DNA of 24,000 nucleotides from Bacillales bacterium (GCA_026168805.1 JAPFDS010000047.1:11241-35240), one strand, 5' to 3'; positions 9,052 to 16,889 are shown, counted from the stretch's first letter. Notes: generated by a model from the sequence alone, not told the origin. Numbers and translations: made by a program.

Positions 9052-9846
9052 TTACAATCCGTATAATAGATCAGGAACAACCTTTTTAATCATTAAGTCG
9101 TCTAAACTTTTAAAGACATACCCTTCTTCTTTAGCATCTTGAATAACTTTCTCTAGAGCTTCCGCATTATCTGAAGATACGGTATGTAACAAAATAATCG
9201 CCCCTGGATGGAGTTGATTCATAATCGAATCATATGCGTACTGCCAGCCTTTTTGTTGATTGGTTTTCCAGTCAGCAAAGGCAAGGGACCAAAACACATG
9301 TGTATAGCCTAGCTCATTTGACCATTCAATCGTTTGTTCGCTAAATGTACCTCTTGGTGGCCGCATATAGTGCATGTCCTTTTGATCAGATATATCGGCA
9401 ACCGCTTTTTCCAACGATACGAGCTCCTTAGCAATCGCTTCTTTAGACATCGTTGTAAAGTCAGGATGGTAATACGAATGATTGCCAATAATATGCCCAT
9501 CGTCTACCATGCGATTGATCAGTTCAGGTTCTTCCTTGACATAATGACCTGTGACAAAAAAGGTTGCAGGGACACTTTCTTGTTGTAAAACATCTAACAC
9601 ATCTTCCGTATATCCTTGCTCATATCCGTTATCAAAGGTTAAATAAATTTCATTGGATGTTTGATCATCGATATAAAGCGCATCTCGAGATTCGATGATT
9701 TCTTTATACTTACCAACATCAGGCGCAATGTTATTTTCTCCTTTTTTGTAGCCCCAACCATAACCACTTGCTTCAGTTGTTGGGATATTGAAGGAAAAAC
9801 ATAAAAAGAAACAAGTTAGAACAGGTAAGAAAAATCGTATTTGCAC
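9052..9846 (-). CDS. pdaA: Polysaccharide deacetylase, PdaA-like delta-lactam-biosynthetic de-N-acetylase
   Basis: NodB motifs TFDNGY and GNHSYYHP, with a signal sequence. Long stretches resemble B. subtilis PdaA as I recall it. The likely start is GTG at 9846 after AGGTG. The ORF-track start at 9855 also reads GTG. Confidence 0.8.
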   Translation of the reverse strand: MQIRFFLPVLTCFFLCFSFNIPTTEASGYGWGYKKGENNIAPDVGKYKEIIESRDALYIDDQTSNEIYLTFDNGYEQGYTEDVLDVLQQESVPATFFVTGHYVKEEPELINRMVDDGHIIGNHSYYHPDFTTMSKEAIAKELVSLEKAVADISDQKDMHYMRPPRGTFSEQTIEWSNELGYTHVFWSLAFADWKTNQQKGWQYAYDSIMNQLHPGAIILLHTVSSDNAEALEKVIQDAKEEGYVFKSLDDLMIKKVVPDLLYGL

Positions 9847-9868
9847 AAACCACACCTACTTTTTTTCT

Positions 9869-9897
9869 TACTTTATCCAATGCTGAAAGAAGTATGC
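9869..9897 (-). promoter_or_regulatory. Possible forespore (sigmaF/G-type) promoter of pdaA
   Basis: On the minus strand, GCATA (9897-9893), 14 nt spacer, GGATAAAGTA (9878-9869). This resembles the GCATA / GGnnAnAnTn forespore consensus. It is a pattern match only. Confidence 0.3.
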
Positions 9898-10190
9898 ATA
9901 TATATGTTACATTTACAGGGTTCATCAGACATTCTACCTATCCATACCGCATTGTAAGTTCCATCCTATGAAATAATTTTCTCCCATGATCTATTTGTTC
10001 AGCTATTTTCACGCTTATTGTCATTCCTATACTATAGTATAGTCTTTTATATTATTTCTTTAATGCAATTAGCATACGATCTGTCGGTTGCTGTAACGAA
10101 CTAATATGCCAACTAGGATTTATAATTTATTTATGGGATACTAATCTTATGGTAAATCGTCGTCTAAAGAAAGATCTATATCATCTAAAT

Positions 10191-10373
10191 TCACATGAGT
10201 TTTTCTTGATTATGATTTCTATCATTTAGTAATCTCATTATATCCTCATTGACTGTTTCACCAAAAAACACGTGAGGTAGCAACTCACCGTTGTATTCTA
10301 TATGTTCTTTGTAAGCACTTTGATAGCTTGGAAAGATATTTAAAAGCTCTGCCACAACGTCATTATATTTCAT
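10191..10373 (-). pseudogene. Small island-edge ORF that looks like a truncated N-terminal half of a larger protein (motif LLPHVFFGE)
   Basis: 60-63 codons. The better SD (AAAGGA) serves the second ATG at 10373. The C-terminus ends abruptly, and another frame continues as HVNLDDIDLSLDDDLP*. The family is not identified with certainty. Confidence 0.4.
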
Positions 10374-10439
10374 TAAGCTCATCCTTTTATGAATATCACA
10401 GGTTGATTTGTTCTAAGGTGCATCTATTCATTTTTTAGC

Positions 10440-10958
10440 TCACTTACTGTTGGAGTACATGTCTTCTCTTTCATTTTTTAAGAAAAGGTTTAAATTTTCA
10501 ATTAAATAATCTTCCGGAGATACATTTGAATTTCCTAGTTCTTGAGGCATATAATTAATAAATGATACCATGTCTTCCGGATAACCAATAGAGTCATAAA
10601 ACAATGCTATTTCTTTTAACAAGTCAGTTTTATTTGATATCGTTTGTTTCAGTTTACAGAGCATAACATATCTTACTTTTCTAAATTCCTTTTCCCATTC
10701 GAGGTTATGGAAAAAGGAGGATGAGAGATATTCGTCCTTAATCAGCTTTAAATACCGTTCTTGTTTTGTTTCCTCTATCTCCCAAGCTAGCTCAATAATA
10801 TCATTATCATTTATATTTTGGTTGTTTACTAAGAGTTCACACGCATAATCAGTCATAATATGTAAACTGAACATGTTATAGTAGATTCCGACATAAATAG
10901 TGTTCCAATTATATTGTAGTTTCATATTTTCAAAGTCATTAAGTTTTAAATATTTCAA
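10440..10958 (-). CDS. Hypothetical protein, DUF2247-like putative immunity protein
   Basis: The C-terminal motif GYPEDMVSFINYMP and the overall size recall DUF2247, but this is from memory. The probable TTG start at 10958 follows AGGTGA. The ORF-track GTG at 10967 overlaps the SD. Confidence 0.55.
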   Translation of the reverse strand: MKYLKLNDFENMKLQYNWNTIYVGIYYNMFSLHIMTDYACELLVNNQNINDNDIIELAWEIEETKQERYLKLIKDEYLSSSFFHNLEWEKEFRKVRYVMLCKLKQTISNKTDLLKEIALFYDSIGYPEDMVSFINYMPQELGNSNVSPEDYLIENLNLFLKNEREDMYSNSK

Positions 10959-11084
10959 TAAGATCACCTACGATATGTCTTTTATTATTTGGTTTATTCC
11001 TAAAACAAAAACTAGAAATCATAATGGTAAAATTACAACCTCTAGTATCATTCTGCATTTTTAATGAATTTACCTTATTTTAAT

Positions 11085-11544
11085 TTACTCATCACCATCT
11101 TCATAAAGGCTATCAAGAAAATCCCAAATATTGTCAGCTAGGAAATACATATTACTCATATCAGGTTCATCAAGATCTGGTTCATTCTCGTGATCCCAGA
11201 AGTAGATTTGATCATAATATGACTCTGTAGTGCCTAACAATATCGCATTTCCTCCACCATCATTACCTACTGGAATAAACCCCGCCGGAATTCGAAATTC
11301 ATATATATCCAGACATTCTTCTAAGTCATTGCCGTTCTCAATATCACCGATACTAAAAAAGTAGTGCATGACAGTAATTCCCTCCCACTGAGGAACGTTA
11401 AAAACTGCCATATCAGGAGTCCCCCCCATTCCACTTTAGTAAAAACTCTCGATAACTATCAGTTAGCTTTATATTAGTTTTTAATTCAACATTTTCAATA
11501 TCTTTCTGTGACAATCTATGATAAGTATCTAACATCTCAACCAT
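11085..11544 (-). pseudogene. SMI1/KNR4 (SUKH-1) immunity-family gene with a +1 frameshift in a G7 tract
   Basis: Two overlapping ORFs (11413-11604 and 11085-11429) join into one SUKH protein, ...REFLLKWNGG|TPDMAVFNVP...IPVGNDGGGNAILLG..., if one G is removed from the G7 run (plus-strand C7 at 11421-11427). Confidence 0.8.
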
Positions 11545-11636
11545 ATGCTCTCTCCCAATCAAATAAAATATATTACTTAGCTGAACCCGATAAAACCCCA
11601 ACATTCTTAAATTGTTTTTACTCTAGTAATTTATCT

Positions 11637-11945
11637 TTATTTTTTTGATGAGTTCTTTAAAAATGAATTTAGCTTATTACTCAAATTTACTTTGACATTT
11701 CCTAAATTGTTTTGTTTGGTACTTATTCTTTTAAAGTTCAATATAAAACTTTCAAGTGATGGAGATATTAAATATATATTTTCTCCAACCATTTCATGAA
11801 ACCAAATATATATTTTATTTTGAGTTTCATTTTTTACTCCAATGCAAATCAAATCTCCTCCAGGTAAATCTGCAATAGGAATTAAATCAGCAAGTGAATC
11901 AATTTCATAATAGTTGTTTTTAAAAATACAAAGACCTACAGAATT
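11637..11945 (-). pseudogene. C-terminal fragment of a SUKH/SMI1-KNR4 gene split by an IS
   Basis: The frame is open from just after a TAG at 11946-11948. It encodes NSVGLCIFKNNYYEIDSLADLIPIADLPGGDLICIG...IYIWFHE, a typical SUKH C-terminal core. Confidence 0.75.
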
Positions 11946-13458
11946 CTAAATATAAAATTTTTTAATTAAAACTCAAATTTATGCAGCTTTCTCTTGATGT
12001 AATTGTGTACTAATGCGATCTGCTGCTAGCTTTGAAGCATTATAAATAAGCGTTACGATATCAAAGTGGACTTTCGCGCGTTTTCCTGTTCGATAACGAA
12101 CATTGTTAAGCTGAAAGAATTCCTTTAAATAAGCATTGACTCGTTCAACCGCTGTACGAAGATTATAGATTTTTTTCCAAGCATTTGATCCGCGTGCTGG
12201 AGCTGTATATCTTCTAAGGTTAGTCGTTATTTTCATTTTAAAAACTTTTTGACAGATACCTTCATTAGCTAAAGGACAGTCTTTACATTCTTTTGGGCTT
12301 GTATATTTCAATGTCTCATATTTAGCGTCATAGCTGTCATATCGATATGAATGTTCTCTAAAACAAGTAGGGGCAAAATGCTTATCGAACCCGATGGGTT
12401 CGGATTCATTTCGTTTATTATAGGCAATCACTGATTGTTGGTTCATTTGATATACTTGCATATAAATTGCTTCATAGTCGTAACCAGCATCCATCGTTTG
12501 GTAGCGAATATGAGAAAGTGGCAAATTATCGACTCCCTTCAAGAGCGGTATTGCAGCTTTACCGTCATTTAAATTTCCTGACGAAAAAAGGGATTGTAAG
12601 ATATATTGGCTCGAGGCCCCTACAGCTAGATGACCTTTGTATCCGAACCAAAATTCATTTTTTCCTTCGCTATTTTTCTTTACGCCCCATTCAGGGTCTT
12701 GAGGAACTTCAGCGCGTAACTTAGTTAAAGGAATGTCTAATTGTGCTTCAATTTTCTTTTCATAAATTGGCAGATTTGCTTCTTTTTCAGCCTGTTCCTT
12801 TAGCCATTGTTCACGCTCTGCCTTTGATTTACGCCCGCGCTTTTTGGGTGCTGGTTTTGGTTTTTCTTGCTTTGGCTGCGCTTGATCACGGGCTTCAAAA
12901 TGAGTTGCATCAATAGCGACTGTGTCATCTATGATAAAGCCTTCTGAAATGGCTTGAATAATAAGCTTTTCTTGAGCTTGTTCCAAGATGTTGGAATCAC
13001 TTAACTTCGTTAGAAGTCTGGAATAAGATGCCTCAGAGGGAACTTCATCTGAAACTAGAAACCCACAATTAAGCTTAAAAGCAATATCGTCATGAAGACG
13101 CTTGACTAAATCTTTAATCGTTGGAATACGCTCAACATAACGAATGAAAACAGAGATAATCATCGCTGCATAATTCAGTTCTGTAGGCGCGCCAACTAGA
13201 GACTTTTTACTAATTTCATAATAAACAGCATCCAAATCTATCGCTGAAATAATCGCATCATATTTTTGGGTAGGTTCCATATCATATAGTTCTTGGATGC
13301 TAAATAAACTTGGTTGTCGTATAATGGTCATAGGGAGTACTCCTCCAGTCTTTTGGTTGTTGTGGTCAACTACCATTATACAAGATTTGGGGAGGTACTT
13401 CCTTTTTTTGTATTTTGAAACCCTTGCCCTGTAAGGGCTAGGAATTATGAAATTCACT
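11946..13458 (-). mobile_element. IS element of about 1.5 kb (IS1182/IS5-superfamily-like) inserted in a SUKH gene; boundaries approximate
   Basis: It carries a single DDE transposase gene and lies between the N- and C-terminal halves of one SUKH gene. Terminal IRs and a TSD could not be defined by eye because the ends are AT-rich. Small GC hairpins lie at about 13413-13432. Confidence 0.7.
11979..13331 (-). CDS. DDE transposase (IS1182-like: InsH-type N-terminal domain, central K/E-rich linker, Cys-rich segment CKDCPLANEGIC, C-terminal RTAVERVNAYLK)
   Basis: ATG at 13331 follows GGAGGAG. The product is 450 aa. The upstream 42-codon extension in the ORF track has no SD. The family call is from domain order and motifs only. 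Confidence 0.8.
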   Translation of the reverse strand: MTIIRQPSLFSIQELYDMEPTQKYDAIISAIDLDAVYYEISKKSLVGAPTELNYAAMIISVFIRYVERIPTIKDLVKRLHDDIAFKLNCGFLVSDEVPSEASYSRLLTKLSDSNILEQAQEKLIIQAISEGFIIDDTVAIDATHFEARDQAQPKQEKPKPAPKKRGRKSKAEREQWLKEQAEKEANLPIYEKKIEAQLDIPLTKLRAEVPQDPEWGVKKNSEGKNEFWFGYKGHLAVGASSQYILQSLFSSGNLNDGKAAIPLLKGVDNLPLSHIRYQTMDAGYDYEAIYMQVYQMNQQSVIAYNKRNESEPIGFDKHFAPTCFREHSYRYDSYDAKYETLKYTSPKECKDCPLANEGICQKVFKMKITTNLRRYTAPARGSNAWKKIYNLRTAVERVNAYLKEFFQLNNVRYRTGKRAKVHFDIVTLIYNASKLAADRISTQLHQEKAA

Positions 13459-13768
13459 CAAGTAATAAATCTTTATAAAGCTTTATTTTATTATCAATGG
13501 CATTTTCGTCATTATATAATCCGTAAAATGATTCTACTTCAATTTCTTCTAGCATCATTATTTTCGATAAATCTTCAGAAGGAATAAAGCGATATTCTTC
13601 TTTTATATAATCATTCCCATAATGTTGTAGGTAAAATGAATAATCTATAGGTAGCTTTATCTTATATTTTCTTTCTAGACTTTTTATATGGTCTTCGGTC
13701 CAATTATTATTAAACTCTTTTACATTAAAATCAATAATTGTTTCTAATTTTCTTTTAAATTGTTCCAT
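13454..13768 (-). pseudogene. N-terminal fragment of the IS-split SUKH/SMI1-KNR4 gene
   Basis: ATG at 13768 follows GGGAGGA. It encodes KSLERKYKIKLPIDYSFYLQHYGN, the SUKH N-terminal motif. The reading frame runs into IS sequence and stops at 13454. Confidence 0.75.
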
Positions 13769-13797
13769 TTTTTAACGTCCTCCCGGTCCATCAATCG

Positions 13798-13968
13798 CTA
13801 GTTGATGATTCCGATGATTAGGCTCGATTTGCCTCTACCCTCTGAATTTCTATGCATACCATCGCGGTTAAAGGAATCTGTTATTGCATGACCGATATAT
13901 TTCGCAGCGTCAATGGGATGTGTAATCATATGGACGATAGTCCTTTGGTCTACATTGTTTTTACCCAT
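13798..13968 (-). pseudogene. 56-codon ORF, a possible remnant of the pre-toxin linker of an LXG-type toxin with no toxin domain
   Basis: The ORF reads MGKNNVDQRTIVHMITHPIDAAKYIGHAITDSFNRDGMHRNSEGRGKSSLIIGIIN*. It ends 29 nt before the SUKH start. The HPI..Y.AI..AI..S...D pattern resembles my recollection of the region before the toxin domain in B. subtilis YeeF-type proteins. This is unverified. Confidence 0.35.
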
Positions 13969-14098
13969 TTGTATGACACTTGTGAAATAATGTCGTAAGT
14001 AATCCGCCTAAAATAGCTTTACTTCTTTCAATGCCGACTTTAGGGGGGATTAAATCATTTAAATGGGGATTCTTTGGCGCTTACGTTTATTTTAGTTG
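13968..14098. repeat. Copy A of an ~130-bp repeated intergenic element (partner at 20088-20216)
   Basis: It aligns by eye to 20088-20216, sharing TTTGTATG.CACTTGTGA...AAGTAATCC...CTTTCTTTCA... It contains the hairpin ACTTGTGA-N7-TCGTAAGT (13978-14000). Confidence 0.7.
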
Positions 14099-14132
14099 AA
14101 AATTTCTCTATTAATTCTTTATATTCTTTGCT

Positions 14133-15193
14133 TTGTCAAATTAAGCGAGACATTATGCTTTCGTCTAAATATTGCTCCACATGATCCATGAAACACTCAG
14201 TCGGTGTTTTGTAATTTAGGGACTTCCTAGGTATGTTGTTTCTTCTGAGTGCGACTTCAGAAATATAGTCTTGTGAAACAGGGTTGAAATCCATTTCTTT
14301 TGGTAACCCGTTTCTTCTTAGAAGTCCATTGGCATGCTCATTTAATCCCCTTTGGGAAGGTGTACCAGGGTCAGCGAAATAAATATTGATATCTTGCTTA
14401 TTGCTGATATTTTTCCAATTGGAGAACTCCTTCCCACAGTCGAAGATGATAGACTTGAATAAGTTTTTCGGTAGTTGACCAAGCCATTGATTAAGTGATG
14501 TTTCAATGTTCGCTGCCTGTCTTCCAACTGGCTTAATTGCGATAATGCATTTTGTTAAACGCTCTACGAGCGTAATAACAGCACTCTTGTGATGACGACC
14601 GACAATTGTATCACCTTCTAGGTGACCGAATTCTTTCTGGTAATTTGGATGTTCCTGATCTCGATCACGGATGCTGCGGCGAAAGCTCTGTCTGCCTCTT
14701 TTTTCTTGGTGACCATTTGGTTTTCGTTTGCCTTGCATAGGTAAAGCATTCACATCAAATTCCCCTAAAGCAAACTTGCGATAAAGTGTGCGCATACTAC
14801 AGGAGATAGCTCTTTCATTGCGTCCAATGATCACATCAGGCGTCCACCCATCACGAACCTTTTCTTTGATATAGGTCTTTTCGTCAGGTTTTAATTGGAT
14901 CTTTTTTCGACCGCATTTAGCTTTGTTGGATTTGTACTTTAGATGGACGTCTATCGCGTTAAGGCCTTTTTTCAGTTGTCGAATCACACGATAGATGGTT
15001 TCATGACCACGTTTTAGTTTTTTTGCAATTTTTCGGCCTGATAGGCCGATTCCATGATAGTCTTCTATGAATACCAATTCCGTTTTGGTAAGATGGGTGT
15101 AGGACATGTCAGATACACTCTCCTTAACTTTGGTAGGTTATAGATTGAGTGTATCATGACATGTCTTTTTATGTGTCTCGCTTAATATTACAA
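14133..15193 (-). mobile_element. IS30-family insertion sequence (1061 bp)
   Basis: The terminal inverted repeats are TTGTCAAATTAAGCGAGACA (14133-14152) and the reverse complement of 15174-15193, TTGTAATATTAAGCGAGACA. They match at 18 of 20 positions. The element has a single transposase ORF. Confidence 0.9.
14136..15107 (-). CDS. IS30-family transposase
   Basis: 323 aa with an N-terminal HTH (GLSGRKIAKKLKRGHETIYRVI) and a DDE integrase core (...HLEGDTI..., ...FDCGKEF..., ...NEHANGLLRR). Confidence 0.92.
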   Translation of the reverse strand: MSYTHLTKTELVFIEDYHGIGLSGRKIAKKLKRGHETIYRVIRQLKKGLNAIDVHLKYKSNKAKCGRKKIQLKPDEKTYIKEKVRDGWTPDVIIGRNERAISCSMRTLYRKFALGEFDVNALPMQGKRKPNGHQEKRGRQSFRRSIRDRDQEHPNYQKEFGHLEGDTIVGRHHKSAVITLVERLTKCIIAIKPVGRQAANIETSLNQWLGQLPKNLFKSIIFDCGKEFSNWKNISNKQDINIYFADPGTPSQRGLNEHANGLLRRNGLPKEMDFNPVSQDYISEVALRRNNIPRKSLNYKTPTECFMDHVEQYLDESIMSRLI

Positions 15194-15553
15194 TCAAGGT
15201 TCATAAAAATGCTCAACATCGATAAAGTCATCCTTTTCTACATTTTCCTTTACATCCAGAAGTACTTCTTTTAGTGGTTCCTTTTGTTCTGCAATTTTTT
15301 CCACATCAACAGAAAATAGTAACTCTAATAAATGCCCATCATAAACGTCACCTTCTAGAGAATTAATCTTAAGAACTTCTATTGATTTATCTATTGCTAA
15401 TTCGATAAAAATATTCTGTCTAATCATTCTAGATAGATCAATAATATCTAATTCTGTACTATCTTTATTTATTAAGTTGTTATACCATTCATCCAATGCA
15501 TAGGTTTCCTGAACTTCTTCCTTTGGCAATTGATAAATATCTCGAATCTTCAA
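15194..15553 (-). CDS. Putative immunity protein, CdiI-like (contact-dependent inhibition immunity family)
   Basis: The probable TTG start at 15553 lies 6 nt after GGAGGGG. The maximal ORF runs to 15577. The motif DIIDLSRMIRQNIFIELAI...GDVYDGHLLELL recalls the CdiI-type family, but this is from memory. The stop codon directly abuts the IS30 end. Confidence 0.5.
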   Translation of the reverse strand: MKIRDIYQLPKEEVQETYALDEWYNNLINKDSTELDIIDLSRMIRQNIFIELAIDKSIEVLKINSLEGDVYDGHLLELLFSVDVEKIAEQKEPLKEVLLDVKENVEKDDFIDVEHFYEP

Positions 15554-15664
15554 TTTTAGCCCCTCCGAAAGGTTCAAATAAATCTTTTATTTGTCTTATC
15601 CAAACCTTCTTGTAAATAGTTTGCCTTTTAGGTCTCTTCAGGTAAGAATCTGTACCAACTGTCC

Positions 15665-16324
15665 TTAAGTATATATTGGTATAGAATGCCCGTTACCTAA
15701 ATGCAGATATAATTGATTATTATTATCTTTTTTAAATACAGTCCACTCGTCGTACGTCCCTTTATCGAGATAAGCAATAAACTCTTCCCAGCTATCGCTG
15801 TCTTCTACAAGATTATCATTGTTTACTAAACATTCATTTTCTATCAATTTTAAAAACAAGCCTTTTTGAAGTTCTAAATTTGTAGATAACGCTATTACAT
15901 TCCTTTTCACGGACTTAATAAGACCGTAGACATTATCAATTTGTTCATTCCCTCTTGCCCTCATTATCCACATTATCCGTATTTCCTCAAAACTTAAATC
16001 TTTTATGGTTTGCAAATCATCTTCAGCTTTGTATTTTAAAAATGTCCATAATTCAACAAATGATTTTATACTAAAAACAATAATGTTATATTTGTAATTT
16101 GACCCTAAAGGCATTTTAGGTACCCATATTATATTACCTTGATGCTTTCTAGCAATTACTGGGGAAATATGATTAGTTCCATAATTGAGTTTTAGTTCTA
16201 AATTTCCAGTTATAGAAGTTATTAAATCGTCAACATATCCCTCATAAATTATTTGTGAGTTATACCTCAGAATTATAAATTCATTTATAACATCTCCAAA
16301 TGTTTCATATTCAAGTTTTTTCAA
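15665..16324 (-). CDS. Hypothetical protein (219 aa), no recognisable family
   Basis: TTG start 8 nt after GAGGGAGG. It lies in the same orientation and context as the immunity genes. Confidence 0.7.
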   Translation of the reverse strand: MKKLEYETFGDVINEFIILRYNSQIIYEGYVDDLITSITGNLELKLNYGTNHISPVIARKHQGNIIWVPKMPLGSNYKYNIIVFSIKSFVELWTFLKYKAEDDLQTIKDLSFEEIRIMWIMRARGNEQIDNVYGLIKSVKRNVIALSTNLELQKGLFLKLIENECLVNNDNLVEDSDSWEEFIAYLDKGTYDEWTVFKKDNNNQLYLHLGNGHSIPIYT

Positions 16325-16369
16325 AAGATTAACCTCCCTCTATATAGTTAATTATACATTTGGTAAGGC

Positions 16370-16453
16370 AATTTGGTTTATTCCTAGAATGATATTTTAA
16401 TTTACTCATCATCTTCATAAAGTCGATCAAGAAAATCCCAAATATTGTCAGCC
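16370..16453 (-). pseudogene. Remnant: last 17 codons plus 3' flank of an SMI1/KNR4 gene, duplicated from the 10993-11140 region
   Basis: 16402-16453 encodes ADNIWDFLDRLYEDDE*, compared with ADNIWDFLDSLYEDGDE* at 11085-11138. The flanking ATTTGGTTTATTCCTA is shared, and this copy carries an internal deletion of about 70 bp. Confidence 0.75.
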
Positions 16454-16455
16454 AC

Positions 16456-16889
16456 TTATTCCATATCCACATAATATTGGTCGTCTACCATTACTTTCCT
16501 TAAGAATTCATCTAAAGAATCAGCTATTTTTATCTCGTCGTAATAAATAGCATTATTTTTGTTATCACTTAATTCAATCAGTAACAATGCACTCTCATTT
16601 GCTTCAAAAAAATTAATTTCCCATGTTCTAGTTCTTCATATACTTCTATATCAGGATAAAATTCATAATCGTTAATTTTCAATCTAGCATCCCTTATAGA
16701 TGCAGGGCCCATAATCCGATTGATATTACATTCAGATTTTCTAAGAAAACCAAAGCCAACTTCTAAAAGGAAATTTCTGAGTTCATTAGGGAATCTTAGT
16801 CCTAAAGTTGATTCAACTTTCTCAATCTCTTCTTCTTTTACAGGGAAAAACTGATTGCCAACCTGATTTTTAATAAATTTAAATCCCAT
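16456..16889 (-). pseudogene. SUKH/SMI1-KNR4 immunity-family gene with a -1 frameshift in a T7 tract
   Basis: The ORF 16578-16889 ends as ...GKLIFLKQMRVHCY*. Adding one T to the T7 run (plus-strand A7 at 16606-16612) gives GKLIFFEANESALLLIELSDNKNNAIYYDEIKIADSLDEFLRKVMVDDQYYVDME*. That sequence is colinear with the intact paralog at 19293-19733. Confidence 0.8.

Noticed and set aside
10027-10042. Perfect 16-bp palindrome CTATACTATAGTATAG in the pdaA/island spacer
   Set aside because: It is AT-rich, and one such palindrome is expected by chance in 24 kb of this composition. It has no second copy and no flanking structure suggesting an att site or operator.
11941-13460. Attempt to define terminal inverted repeats and a target duplication for the IS1182-like element
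   Set aside because: The best candidate ends match at only about 7 of 11 positions in AT-rich sequence. The boundaries are therefore reported as approximate rather than asserted.
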